A stretch of DNA of 64,000 nt from an uncultured Solirubrobacterales bacterium (GCA_963826005.1 CAWGVJ010000002.1:267385-331384); one strand, 5' to 3'. Shown: positions 22,516-34,485, counted from the stretch's first letter. Notes: generated by a model from the sequence alone, not told the origin. Made by a program: numbers and translations.

Positions 22516-24416
22516 ATGGCTGAGCTGCAGGCCGACACGATCATCGACTCGCGCTACCGCGTGCTCGAGAAGATCGGCGCGGGCGGGATGGCCGACGTCT
22601 ACTGCGCGGAGGACATGCACCTCGGCCGCAAGGTGGCGGTCAAGCTGCTGCATTCGCGCTTTGCGCAGGACCAGGAGTTCGTCGAGCGCTTCCGGCGCGA
22701 GGCCTCGTCCGCGGCCGGGCTCCAGCATCCGAACGTCGTGGGCGTGTACGACCGCGGCGAGTACGACGACACGTACTACATCGCGATGGAGTACTGCGAG
22801 GGCGAATCGCTCAAGCAGGTGATCACGCGCGAGGCGCCGCTCGACCCGGCGCGCGCGATCGCGATCACGAAGCAGATCCTCGTGGCGACGCGGTTCGCCC
22901 ACCGCCGCAACGTGATCCACCGCGACCTGAAGCCGCACAACGTGATCCTCGACGACGAGGAGAACGTGAAGGTCACCGACTTCGGCATCGCGCGCGCGGG
23001 CGCCTCCGACATCACCGAGGTGGGCGCGATCATGGGCACCGCGCAGTACCTGTCGCCCGAGCAGGCGCAGGGCCGGCCGGTGACCGAGGAGTCCGACCTG
23101 TACTCGGTCGGTGTCGTGCTGTTCGAGCTGCTCACGGGTCGCGCACCCTTCGCCGGCGACAGCCCGGTGGCCGTCGCGCTGCAGCACGTGAACCAGCCCG
23201 CGCCCTCCCCGCGGGAGTTCGAGCCCTCGATCCCACCCGAGCTCGAGGCCGTGGTGCTGAAGGCGCTCTCCAAGGACGCGGCCGAGCGATACCCGGACGC
23301 GGACTCCTTCATCAAGGCGCTCGAGGCGGTCGAGGTGCGCCTGCGCCAGGGACCGGTGGACACCGAGAGCACCGCCGTGTACGCCCCGGTGGGCGTCGTC
23401 CCCGCGCGGCCGGCAAGCGCGCCGCCACCGCCGCCGTCGCGGTCCCACCGCCGCCCGACGACGAGGTGCCGCCGCCCCCGGCGAGCGGTGAGCCACCCGA
23501 CGACGAGCGCGGCCGCAACCCGTGGGTCTGGGCGGGAGTGCTGGCGGCGGTCGCGGCGATCGTCGTGGGAGCCGTTCTGCTCCTCAGCTCGGCCGACAAG
23601 GTCGTGGTGCCGCCGGTCGTCGGGCAGACGCTCGAGCAGGCGTCGCAGCGCCTCGACCGTGCCGGCCTGGGCGTGGAGGTGAAGCGCCGCGCGGACCAGG
23701 CGCCACGCGACTTCGTGTTCGAGCAGTCGCCCAACCCGGGGCAGAAGGTCGACAAGGACTCGATCGTCACCCTGTTCGTCTCCAACGGCCCGTCGACGGT
23801 GAAGGTGCCGGAGGTGGTGGGACTGGACGAGACGGACGCGCGCCGCCGCGTGCGGAACGCGGACCTGCGGCCGACCGTCGAGAAGGAGAGCTCGACCAAG
23901 GTCCCGGAGGGCACGCGTGATCCGGACCGACCCGGGCCCCGGCCGCCTGACCGAGCGCAACTCCTCCGTGACGCTGTTCGTCAGCTCCGGCCCGGGCGAG
24001 GTGGTCGTGCCGAACGTCATCGGCGAGGACCAGGAGAGCGCGGTCGCGCGACTGCGCGAGGAGGGTCTCAGCCCGATCGTCCGCGAGCGCTCCTCGAGCG
24101 AGCCGGCCGACACCGTGGTCGACCAGAGCCGGCGAGCGGCCAGCGCGTGGACGAGGGCTCGTCCGTGACGATCTTCGTGTCCGACGGCAAGGTGCGCGAG
24201 GTGCCCGACGTGACCGGGCTCACGCAGGGCGAGGCCGAGGCGGAGCTGCAGGACGCCGGGTTCAACGTGAGCGTGCGCACGCGGCCGACCGATCAGCCGG
24301 ACGAGGACGGCACGGTGCTCTCGCAGTCCCCAAGCGGCAAGGCGGAGCGGCGCGAGAGCGCGACGGTGACCATCACCGTGGGCGCGCTGACCACGACTAC
24401 GACGCCCACCCCGTGA
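22516..24416 (+). pseudogene. pknB: PASTA-domain Ser/Thr protein kinase PknB (at least 3 frameshifts as sequenced: about 23400-23465, about 23915, about 24130)
   Basis: The kinase domain is intact (GAGGMADVY, VAVK, HRDLKPHN, DFGIA, GTAQYLSPEQ). A TM helix and four PASTA-like units (VVPPVVGQTLEQA, VKVPEVVGLDETDA, VVVPNVIGEDQESA, REVPDVTGLTQGEA) are spread over ORFs 23466..24416 and 23917..24168. Confidence 0.9.
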
Positions 24417-25457
24417 AGGTCGTGGTGCTCGCGGGCGGGCGCTCGAGCGAGCATCCCGTGTCGCTCGACTCCGGCCGCTCGGTGCTGGACGGCCTCGCGC
24501 GCGCGGGCCACGACGCGCGCACGGTGGTGATCGGCCGCGACGGGATATGGCGGGAAACAAATGCCGCCGATCTGCAAGCAGATCGGCGGGTTTCAGGCAG
24601 GACGGTCTCGGTGTCACCCGGCCAGGGGTTGCTCGACGCCGACGTGGTCTTCCCGGTGCTGCACGGGCCGTTCGGCGAGGACGGCACGGTCCAGGGACTG
24701 CTGGACACCGCGGACGTTCCCTACGTGGGCGCGGGCGTGCTCGGCTCCGCGGTGTGCATGCACAAGGTGGTGTTCAAGGACCTGATGGCGCACGCGGGGA
24801 TGCCGCAGGTGCGCTACGAGGCCGTGCGCGAAGCGCGACTGGGAGCAGCCGCCGCGAGGCCGTGCTGGATGCGCTGCGGGGGCTGGGGCTGCCGGTGTTC
24901 GTGAAGCCGGCGCGCCTCGGGTCGAGCGTCGGGATCTCGAAGGTGTCCGAGCCGGCGACGAGCTGGTCGCCGGCGATCGAGGACGCGCTCGCGCACGACC
25001 CCGTCGGCGATCGTCGAGGCCGCCGCGGTCGGCATCGAGGTGGAGTGCTCGGTGATCGGCAACGACGAGCCGGTCGTCTCGGAGCCGGGCCAGGTGATCG
25101 CGCACGGCGAGTGGTACGACTACGAGTCGAAGTACACGGCGGGCGGCATGGAGCTGGTCGTGCCCGCTCCGATCTCGCCGGCGCAGCGCGAACGCGTGCG
25201 CCGCATCGCGCAGGAGGCGTTCCTGCGCTCGTCGTGCGCGGGCCTCGCGCGCGTCGACTTCTTCGTGACCGACGAGGGCCAGGTGCTGCTGAACGAGCTG
25301 AACACGATGCCCGGCTTCACGAACACGAGCGTGTTCGCGCGGCTGTTCGACGCGTCAGGCGTGCCGTACGAGGAGCTGCTGGACCGGTTGCTCGGCTACG
25401 CGATCGAGCGCCAGCGCGAGCGCGCACACTCTGAACATCGGGGCTTCGCCCACCTAA
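24413..25457 (+). pseudogene. ddl: D-alanine--D-alanine ligase (about 4 frameshifts between 24835 and 25010; 3' end uncertain: 25434, 25457 or 25576), with an in-frame hairpin repeat
   Basis: GTG at 24413 overlaps the pknB stop (GTGA). Ddl segments are VVVLAGGRSSEHPVSL, DVVFPVLHGPFGEDGTVQGLL, LGLPVFVKPARLGSSVGISKV, IEVECSVIGND and ELNTMPGFTNTSVFARLF. They lie in three frames. Confidence 0.85.
24563..24610 (+). repeat. Hairpin repeat copy C (inside ddl)
   Basis: CCGCCGATCTG-caag-CAGATCGGCGG followed by GTTTCAGGCAGGACGGTCTCG. It is translated in frame as NAADLQADRRVSGRTVS. Confidence 0.75.
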
Positions 25458-26993
25458 GTCCTGTGCTGCGCCGTTGGCGTCGCAAGAACATCTACCGAGC
25501 AGCTCCACCTCGGAGATGGCTGCGCTCGAGCCGCCCCGTCGCTCCCTCCGTGAGGCTCGTGATCCACACCAGGTAGTAGCGCGCCGGCTTGCCGGCCGTG
25601 TCGAGGCCGGAACGTCTTGCGGCTGGAGTCCATCGTGCCGCCGCCCACGAGGGTCCACCCGGCGAGGTTGTCCGGAACCCGGTCGCGCGCCACGTAGAAG
25701 CGCACGTCCCATCCGTCCTTGGGGGTCACGAGCCTGATGCCGCGCGCGACGATCGGGCGGCCCGCGTCGAGGTACAGGCCCACGCCCTTCTTGATGTTGC
25801 CGAAGTCCGGGGTGTCGTAGCGCTCGGTCTCCCACGCCGTGGTCGGGTCGCCGTCGAGCGCAAGGGGCACCGCCGCGCTGCGCTCGGAGTCGTCGCCCGG
25901 CGGCGGGTCGTAGGCGAACGCGTCGCGCTCGCCGAGCTGGATCGCGCTGAGACTGCCCTGCCCGGGCGGCTCGCTCTGCTGGTCCTCGCCGTTGATCAGC
26001 AGCGCCGCCAAGATGGCGACCGCGGCCGCGATCAGCACGTACGCGACCGCCAGCAGGATCCGCGCGCCGGCGCGTACGCCGTCCGGACACCGCCTCGGGG
26101 AGCTGGCTGAGGATGGCCGTCGCCTCTCCCGTGGCGCCGCCCGAGCGCGCGCTCTCGTAGGACAGCACCTCCTCGAGGTCGCGCACGAAGTCGGCCATCG
26201 ACGCGTAGCGGGCGCGCGGGTCCTTGGCGGTCGCGCGCTCGACCAGCGACGCGAGCGCGGCCGAGACCTCGGGGCGCTTGCCGCGGACGTCGGGCAGCCC
26301 CTCGTGAATGTGCTTCATCGCGACGCTCACGTGGCTGTCGCCCGAGAAGGGGACCGCTCCCGTGAGCATCTCGTACAGCACGATGCCGAGCGAGTAGACG
26401 TCGGACTGGCCCGTGACCTCCTGACCCATCGCCTGCTCGGGCGACACGTAGTCGGTCGTGCCGATCACCTTGCCGGCGCCGGTCAGCTGGTTGCTCTCGA
26501 GCCCGAGCGCGATGCCGAAGTCGGTGACCTTCGCGCGCCCCTCGTCGTCGATCAACACGTTCTGCGGCTTCACGTCGCGGTGCACGAGGCTGCGCTCGTG
26601 GGCCGCCTGCAGCCCGCGCCCGATCTCGATCGCGTACGCGACCGCCTCCGCGACGGGCAGCGGCCCCTCCCGCTTGATGCGGTCCTTGAGCGTCTCGCCG
26701 CGCACGTGCTCGAAGACGATGTAGGGGTGGCCGTCGTCCTCGCCCGCGTCGATCACCATCACGACGTGCGGATGGGAGAGCTGCGCGACGGTGCGCGCCT
26801 CGCGGCGGAATCGCTCGAGCGACGGCTCGTCCTCGGAGATGTGCCCGTGCAGGATCTTGATCGCCACGATCCGCTCGAGGGTCTCGTCGAACGCCCGGTA
26901 GACCGTCGACATCCCTCCGGATCCGATCCGGTCCTCGATCCGGTAGCGGCCGTTGAGGCGGCTGCCGATGACGGTCATTCCGATTGGTGACAT
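25454..26993 (-). pseudogene. Second Ser/Thr protein kinase with a TM helix and an extracellular beta-sandwich-like domain (about 3 or more frameshifts)
   Basis: The kinase domain is intact (GSGGMSTVY, VAIK, HRDVKPQN, DFGIA, GTTDYVSPEQ). The TM helix (ILLAVAYVLIAAAVAILAALL) and ectodomain (GDPTTAWETERY...GLYLDAG...ARYYLVWITSL...ISEVELL) appear only after frame changes near 26080, 25610 and 25520. Confidence 0.8.
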
Positions 26994-27067
26994 AGAGGTT
27001 GACGGTTGGGTAGGTCCATCTCCCTGGCCGCTCGGGGCGATTCGGCCGCCCCGGTATTTTGCGCGCG

Positions 27068-27913
27068 ATGGTCACCGTTAGTTACCACACCGACCCGGCA
27101 TGTCCCTGGTCCTGGGGGGCCGAGCCCGAAATTCGCAAGCTGATGACCGAGTTCGGGGAAGGGCTGCGGTGGATCTTCGTGATGGGTGGCCTGGCGCGGG
27201 ATCTGGCTCGTGACGCCGATGCCCGGCGCCGCAGCGGATCGCGGAGTGGCTGAGGTGTCAGCGAGCAGACCGGGGCGCCCCTGGACCCGCTGCTGTGGAC
27301 GGATGGCCCGCTGCGGATCGACCTATCCGGCCTGCATGGCGGTGAAGGCGGCGCCGGAGCAGGCCCCGGACGGCGGCTACGCGTACTTGCGGCGGTTGCG
27401 GGAGGCGATCCTCTGCGAGCGGCGCCAGCTGGACGACGCCGAGGCCCTGGTCGAGGAGGCGCGCGCCGTCGGCCTCGACGTGGAGCGGTTTCGCCTCTCG
27501 CTGCGCTCGCACGCGATCGTGGAGGCGTTCGGCGCGGACCTCGACGCGACCGCCGGCCTGTGGCCGGCGAGGTGGTGACTCGGAAGGCCGTTCTTCGGTG
27601 GGTACGGGAGCGGGGTGCCACTGCCGACCGCGGTGTTCAAAGGCGCCGGCGAACGGCGGTTGGTGAGCGGCGCGGCGCCGTATGACGCCTACCGCGAGGC
27701 TGCTGTCGCGTGCGGAGCGGAGCCGCTTCGGCCGACCGTCGGCTGAGCGTCGAGCAGGCGCTCGCGCGCTTCGGCCGCCTCACGACCCGCGAGGTCGAGG
27801 TGCTGTGCGAACTGCCCGGCCCGCGCGCCGCGGCCGAGCTGTGGGGCCTGGCGGAGGCCTGGAAGGTGCGCGCGGTGCCGGTGCTGACCGGCCACCTGTG
27901 GGAGGCGGCCTAG
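27068..27913 (+). pseudogene. DsbA-family thioredoxin-fold protein (about 5 or more frameshifts)
   Basis: The ATG at 27068 gives MVTVSYHTDPACPWSWGAEPEIRKLMTEFGEGLRWIFVMGGL. Later pieces in other frames are STYPACMAVKAA, LRRLREAILCERRQLDD, VPLPTAVFKGAGERRLVSGAAPYDAY and the end ...TGHLWEAA. Confidence 0.55.
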
Positions 27914-29038
27914 CCAGGTGGGCCCCGCCGCAGGTGTTCGCGATGCAAGCCGCGGCGGAAGCCGGTCTGTCGCCGACCAGGCCGACGCTCGGCAGGCGCA
28001 CGATCCCGGCGCTGTCGGTGACCTCGCCGATCACGCGCGTGCCCGGGTGGCGGCCGGCCCAGGATCTCAGCGGCCGCGGCCGCGTCGCTGCCGTCCACGA
28101 TGCAGCACAGGCCGGTGCCCATGTTGAACACCTCCCACATCTCCGCGTCGGGCACGTCGCCGCAGCGCTGCGATCAGGCCGAAGATGCGGCTGCGGTTCG
28201 AGCGGCGCGTCGACGTCGAAGCCGACGTCGGGATTCAGGCGCAGCAGGTTCAGCAGGCCGTCGCCGGTGATGTGGGCAAGGCCGTGGACCGGGACCTCGG
28301 AGCGCAGCAGGTCCAGCGCGGCGCGCACGTAGATCGCGCGTGGGCTCGAGCAGCTCGTCGGCGAGCGGGCGGCCCAGCTCCGGCGGCGAGCTCGTCGAGC
28401 GTCAGCCCGCCGCTGCTCGAGCAGCGCCCGGCGCGCGAGCGGAGTAGCCGTTGGAGTGCAGGCCGCTCGACGGGACGCCGATCACCACGTCGCCCGGCGC
28501 GATCCGCTCGCCCGTCGACGATCCGCGTCGCGCTGCACGACGCCGATCGCGGTCCCGACCAGGTCGAGCCCGCGCGGCGAAGGATGGCCGCGGAGCATCT
28601 CGGGCACCTGCGCGAGCTCGCCGCCGGGGATCTCGACGGCCGCCTGCGACGCGCCCTCGCGCAGGCCCTCGCCGAGCGCGGCGAGCATCGCCTCGTCGGC
28701 CTGCTCGACGGCCACGTAGTCGACCAGCGCGATCGGCTCCGCGCCGACGCAGACGAGGTCGTTGACGTTCATCGCGACGCAGTCGATGCCCACCGTGTCG
28801 AAGCGGTTCATCGCCTCGGCGACGATCAGCTTGGTGCCGACGCCGTCGGTGCAGATCGCGACTGCGGTCAGCTCGTCCAGCGCGAGCACGCTCGCGTAGT
28901 GGCCCGACGGGACGATCGAGCGGCTGGGCCGCCCGGTGTCGATGCGCGCCAGCGCGGAGACCAGCGCGCTGCACGCCGCCGCGGGCCTCGCCCGTGTCCA
29001 CGCCGGCGCGCGCGTACGAGTCGCTCATGCGACCGCCT
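27910..29038 (-). pseudogene. purM: Phosphoribosylformylglycinamidine cyclo-ligase (AIR synthetase) PurM (several frameshifts)
   Basis: ATG at 29038 behind GGAGG gives MSDSYARAGVD. Further pieces are [44 protein letters not shown] and [14 protein letters not shown], in different frames. Confidence 0.85.
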
Positions 29039-29812
29039 CCGCGCGAGCGCGACGGCAGCGCGCCCGCGCCGACGGCGGCGCGATAGGCGGCGTACGGGCG
29101 CAGCGACCGGCTGCGCTCGAGCATCGTGATCAGCCGCAGCGAGAGCAGGGTCGAGACGAACGCGGTGGCCGCGCCGGCGACCATGCCGCGGCGCGATCTC
29201 CGGCGGCACTCCGCGGCGCGCCAGCCGCGCACCCTTGAGGGCGGCGGCGCCGAGGATCACCGGCAGCGCGATCTGGCGGGAGATCACGTTCGCGTCCGCG
29301 CGCCGGAAGCGCGCAGCCGCGCGGCGGTCAGCGTCGCCCCGTTGCGCGATATGCCGGGGGCGAGCGCGAAGGCCTGCGCGAATCCGATCGCGAGCGCGTC
29401 GAGCGGGCCCGCCTGGTCGCGCTCGCGCTCCTCGGGCGCGCCGTCCGCGAGCGCCATCGCGGCGGATCCGGCCAGCAGGGCAACGGCCACCGGGGACCGG
29501 ATCGGCTCGAGTCGTTGCTCGATCGGGCGCTCGAACAGGTACGCGGCGGCCGCGGCGGGCGCGAACGACAGCGCCAGCGTCGCGAGCGTTGCGCGGGCCG
29601 AACGAACGCACGTACTCGCGCACCTCGCGCCGCAGGCCGATCAGCAGGGCGAGCGCGCCGCCGGCGTGCAGCGCCACCTCGAACGACTTGCGCAGCTCCG
29701 GATCAAGCTCGCCGTAGCTGCCAGCCGCATCAGCGCCGGCACGAGCACGAGATGGCCGGAGCTGGAGACGGGCAGCAGCTCCGCTGGGCCCCTGGACCGC
29801 TCCGAGCACCAC
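29035..29812 (-). pseudogene. uppP: Undecaprenyl-diphosphate phosphatase UppP/BacA (several frameshifts)
   Basis: Pieces are AELLPVSSSGHLVLVPAL (my own translation), RKSFEVALHAGGALALL, AQAFALAPGISRNGATLTAA and ISRQIALPVILGAAALKG. The probable stop overlaps the purM ATG (ATGA). Confidence 0.78.
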
Positions 29813-29850
29813 CGCCTCGCGCGAGCGGAAGGTTGCTCCCTCGGAGTCGA

Positions 29851-30020
29851 TCAGTGACGGGCGTCTGCGGCGGGATCAGCCTCGGGTCGCGCGCGGCGCC
29901 GCGCCGCCGGCGCCAGAGCAGGTAGACGATCCCGGCGACGATCGCCGCGACGATCGCGTAGTCGACGTAGTGCAGGTTCTTCTGCCACTCGTCCCAGTTG
30001 TCTCCGACCGCGTTACCCAT
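29851..30020 (-). CDS. Small hypothetical membrane protein (3' end uncertain)
   Basis: The ATG at 30020 gives MGNAVGDNWDEWQKNLHYVDYAIVAAIVAGIVYLLWRRRR (one TM helix). As sequenced the ORF runs on to 29730 into uppP. A stop at 29851-29853 exists in a neighbouring frame. Confidence 0.3.
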
Positions 30021-30527
30021 CAGCGCCGAACGCCAGCACCCACGGGATGATCCCGCAGGACGCTCAGCACCGTGAACCGCCAGAACGGCATCCGCGCGAC
30101 CCCGGCCGGCAGCGAGATGAACGTCCGGATCACCGGCATCATCCGCGTGAAGAACACGGTCGGCGCCGCCGTAGCGCTCGAACCAGCGGTCCGCCCAAGC
30201 GAGGTGCTTCGGGGTGATGTGCAGCCACTTGCCGTGGCTTCTCCAGCAGCTCGACGCGGCCGAAGTAGCCGACCCCGTACGCGATCCACGAGCCCACCAG
30301 GTTGCCGGCGACTCCCGCGATCACGATTTCCAACATCGTGAAGCGCCCGTCCGAGACCTCGAAGCCGGCGAACAGCATGATCGCCTCGCTCGAGGTGGGG
30401 ATGCAGGCGCTGTCGAGCAGCATCAGGACGAAGATCCCGGCCAGGCCGAGGTCGCCGATCACGTTCGTCGCGAAGTCGACGATCGGCTGGGTCAGCGAGG
30501 CTGTGTACGAGGAGCGTATCCGGACAT
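30020..30527 (-). pseudogene. DedA-family membrane protein (frameshifted)
   Basis: Pieces are IGDLGLAGIFVLMLLDSACIPTSSEAIMLFAG...GNLVGSWIAYGVGYFG and FFTRMMPVIRTFISLPAGVARMPFWRF. They lie in different frames. Confidence 0.7.
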
Positions 30528-30580
30528 GCGACTGTTACGATCGTCCGTGACTGCTCGTTGACAGGGTAGCGTGAAGGGCC

Positions 30581-31693
30581 GTGGGCATTCCCCTGTTCGA
30601 CACCGCCGAGCTGCTGCGCGAGGTGCGTCCCGAGGCCGAGGCCGCGATTGCGCCGCGTGGTCGAGTCCGGGCGCTTCATCTTCGGGCCGGAGGTGGAAGC
30701 CTTCGAGCGCGAGTTCGCCGAGTACCTCGGGGTGCAGCACGTGGTCGGCGTCGCGAACGGCACCGACGCGCTCACGATCGCGCTCAGCTGCCTGGGCGTC
30801 GGGCCCGGCGACGACGTGGTCGTGCCTTCGTTCACCTTCTACGCGAGCGCCGAGGCGATTCCCCACACCGGCGCGCGGCCCGTGTTCTGCGACATCGATC
30901 CGGAGACGTTCTGCGTCACCCCCGAGACGGTGGAGCGCGGCGCTCACGCCGCACACCCGCGCGGTGATCGCCGTCGACCTGTTCGGCCGCATGGCACCGG
31001 TCGACGCGCTGCGCGAGCGGCTTGCCGGCGCGCGGGATCGCGGTGCTCGAGGACGCGGCACAGGCCGCGGGCGCGCGCCTGCGCGGGAAGCGCGCGGGAT
31101 CGCTCGGCGAACGTCGCGCACCTTCAGCTTCTTCCCCTCCAAGAACCTGTTCTGCTTCGGCGACGGCGGCGCGATCGTGACCGACGACCCGGCGGTCGCG
31201 GAGCGCGCGCGGCTGCTGCGCTTCCACGGGTCGCGCGACAAGTCGAGCTTCGAGGCGGTCGGGTGGAACTCGCGCCTCGACGCGATCCAGGCCGCGGTGC
31301 TGCGCACGGTCCTGACGCGCCTCGACGGCTGGAACGAGCGCCGCCGCGAGCTGGCCGCCGCGTATGCCGACGCCGGGCCTCGGCGGACGTCGTGGCGCTG
31401 CCCGCGCCCCGCGGATGGCGAGGAGCCCGTCCATCACCTGTTCGTGACCGCGCGCGGCGCGAGCCCGACGCAGCTCGCGCGCGCGGCTCGCCGACGCCGG
31501 CATCGCAGTCGCGCTCCAATTACCGGGTGCCGGTCCACCGCCAGCCCGCGATGGCAGCCTGGGCCGCCGGCCTCCGACCTGCCCGGAACGGAGCAGGCGG
31601 CGCGTCACGAACCTCGCCCTGCCGATGGGCCCGACGCTCGGTCCGGGGACGGCCACGGCGGTCGCGGACGCCCTGGCGGCAGTCCGCCGTTAG
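30581..31693 (+). pseudogene. DegT/DnrJ/EryC1/StrS-family sugar aminotransferase (multiple frameshifts)
   Basis: GTG at 30581. Pieces are VESGRFIFGPEVEAFEREFAEYLG, GVANGTDALTIAL, VVVPSFTFYASAEA, SFFPSKNLFCFGDGGAIVTDD and LRFHGS. Confidence 0.8.
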
Positions 31694-31776
31694 CGCAAAC
31701 AGCGCTGCAAACAGGGCGGTCATGCGGGCTCGGCAGCGCGCACGGTACGCCGCTCTCAGCCCGTAAACTGCGGCAG

Positions 31777-33620
31777 ATGCGGAAGGCCGTGAACGACCCC
31801 GTCTACCGGCATCGCCTTTTCCAGCTGCTCGTCGACGCGGGCCTGGTCGCGCTCGCCTACTGGCTCGCGTACGCGCTGCGGTTCGACCACGGGATCCCGC
31901 GAGCGCTACAGCGACCTGCTGTGGAAGACGATCGCGTTCGTCGTCGATCGGCAAGGTGCTGATCTTCGCCGCCTTCGGCCTCTACGAGAAGTGGTGGCGC
32001 TACGTCGGGCCTGCGCGACTTCGAGTCGATCCTGCAAGGCCGTCGTCGTGGCGAGCCTCGTGATGGTCGGCGTGCTGTACGTGTGGTCGCCGACGGACAA
32101 CGACCTGCCGCGCTCGATCGCCGTGATGGACGTGCTGCTTGACGCTCGCCCTGATCGGCGGCGTGCGGCTCGTCGTCCGCAGCTCGTCGAGCGCCCGCCG
32201 CGCGGCGCGATGCTGCCCAAGGGCCAGGAGGTGCTGATCGTCGGCGCCGGCGAGGGCGGCCAGCTGGTCGCGCGCGAGATGCAGCGCACGCCAGTCGCTG
32301 CGCCAGACCCCGATCGGCTTCGTCGACGACGACCCGCGCAAGCGCGGCATGCGCATCCACGAGCTGAAGGTGCTGGGCACCACCACCGAGCTCGAGCGGC
32401 TGCTCGACGAGGTCGAGCCCGACGAGGTGATCATCGCGATCCCCTCGGCGCCCGGGGTCGCTGCGCGAGACGCGTGGTGCGCGCGTGCCGCGACCGCGAC
32501 ATCCCGGTGCGCACGCTGCCCGGCGTGTTCGAGCTGATCGCCGGCTCCGTCGACCTGATGCGCCAGGTGCGCGAGGTGCGGGTCGAGGACGTGCTCGGCC
32601 GCGAGCCGGTGAGCGTCGAGATCGAGGAGGCGGGCGCCTACCTGCGCGACCGCATCGTGCTCGTGACCGGCGCGGGCGGTTCGATCGGCTCGGAGCTGTG
32701 CCGCCAGATCGCGCGCGTGCGCCCGCGGCTGCTCGTGCTGCTCGACCACGCCGAGGACAACCTCTTCGAGATCGAGCGCGAGCTGATCCGGGACCGCCAC
32801 TTCACCGGCGTGCGAGTCGATCCTGGCGGACTGCAAGGAGCCGGACCGGATGCGAGTACGTGATGCAGCGCTTCCGGCCCGACGTCGTGTTCCACGCGGC
32901 CGCCTACAAGCACGTCTCGCTGATCGAGGAGAACCCGCTCGAGGCGGTGCGCAACAACGCGATCGGCACCCGCGTGTGCCGCGACCGCGGCGGCCGCGGT
33001 CGGGACGGCGCGTTCGTGCTGGTCTCGACCGACAAGGCGGTCAATCCCGCAGACCGCGCTCGGGGCCTCCAAGGCGATGGCGGAGTGGGTCATCGAGGCG
33101 CTGGGCCACCGGCATCCCGGCACGGTGTTCTGCTCGCGTGCGGTTCGGCAACGTGCTCGGCTCGAGCGGCAGCGTGGTGCCGCTCTTCCGCAGGCAGATC
33201 GCGCAGGGCGGCCCGGTGACCGTCACCCACCCCGAGATGGAGCGCTACTTCATGACGATCCCCGAGTCGGTGCAGCTCATCATCCGGGCCGGCGACCTCG
33301 CCAGCGGGGGCGAGACCTATCGTGCTCGAGATGGGCGAGCAGGTGAAGATCATCGACCTCGCGCGCAACATGATCAGGCTCTCCGGCCAGGACGCCGGAC
33401 GAGGTATCTCGATCGAGATCGTCGGCCCGCGGCCCGGCGAGAAGCTGCGCGAGGAGCTGTTCCACTCGACGACGAGCGGGCGGTCCCGACCGAGGCCGAC
33501 CGTATCCTGAGGGCCGAGCGCCCGCCGCTCGATCCCGAATGGGTCGAGTCGGTGTTCGAGCGAATCGAGCGGCTGGTGGAGCAGGGCGACGAGCCGTTCC
33601 TCGCCCAGCACGCTCGCTGA
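31777..33620 (+). pseudogene. CapD/PglF/WbpM-type membrane-anchored NDP-sugar 4,6-dehydratase/epimerase (many frameshifts; may extend to 33702)
   Basis: N-terminal TM helices, then [68 protein letters not shown] and [13 protein letters not shown], scattered over all three frames. Confidence 0.8.
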
Positions 33621-33720
33621 GCTCGTGCGCGAGGCGTACGGGAACTCCGGTCGCGAGACCGAGGAGGACGCCGGCACGGACGTGAAGGCACTGACTCCCT
33701 AGTGGTTCTTCGCTGACGCC

Positions 33721-34483
33721 GTGGATCTGCGTCGAGCGCGTAGGCTCGTACGTCGGGCTGGCAGCCTTCCTGGGCCTGGCGGTGCTCGCGCTGCTGTATT
33801 TCTCGCAGGCGCGCGACGTGCGGCGGCTGCGCGACTGGGCCGGCCGCGCGCCCGAGCGCGCCCTGGAGCAGCCGGTGACCGGCGACCGAGGTGGCTCCCG
33901 CGACACCCGCGGCGCAGCACTCGCTGCCCGCCACGCCGTTCGCGCAGGCGAGCCGCGCCCGCGCAAGCGAAAACCGCTGCGCGAGCGCATCCGCAACGTG
34001 CACATCCCGTATGCGCGCTACATCGCCATGCGGCGCGGCGGCGCTGCTCGTCGCCGGTGGAGCGGCCTTCGCCGTGGTCCAGCTGACCGGCGACGACGGC
34101 GGCACGACGGGGGCGAGCACCAGCTCCGACCAGGCGCAGAGCCGCACCGACAAGAAACGCGGGGACAACCAGCGCCGCGCCGATCAACGTCGACCCCTCC
34201 CAGGTGACCGTCGCCGTGCTGAACGGGACGACGGTGCAGGGCCTCGCGGCGCAGGTGGCCGACGAGGCGAACGCGGGCGGCTTCACGCCCGGAACGACCG
34301 GCAACGCGGCACGCGATCGACCAGACCGACTCGGAGGTGCTCTATCGGCCCGGCCAGGCCCGCGCGGCCAGGGCCGTCGCCAACCGGCTCGGCATCGACA
34401 AGACCGGCCCGGTCGATTCGGTCAACCAGGAGATCGCCGGCTCGTTCGACGTGGTCGTGCTTGTCGGCGCCGATCGGCAATAA
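33721..34483 (+). pseudogene. LytR_C-domain membrane protein (frameshifted; start uncertain)
   Basis: TM segment VGLAAFLGLAVLALLYF, then the C-terminal VTVAVLNGTTVQGLAAQVADEANAGGF...VLYRPGQARAARAVANRLGI...FDVVVLVGADRQ (my own translation). It ends at TAA 34481-34483. Confidence 0.5.
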
Positions 34484-34485
34484 AG

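Noticed and set aside
14635-24785. ORF-track peptides containing PICKQIG(R/G)F: 14635..15663(+), 17519..18643(-) and 24561..24785(+). These suggest a repeated small protein motif.
   Set aside because: The shared peptide is just one reading frame of the nucleotide hairpin repeat. The surrounding ORFs are shadow ORFs opposite to or overlapping pheA, fhaB/pstP and ddl.
30558-30563. A perfect TTGACA upstream of the DegT gene as a sigma-70 -35 element.
   Set aside because: No acceptable -10 hexamer lies 16-19 nt downstream; the GTG start itself sits there. I did not call it as a promoter.
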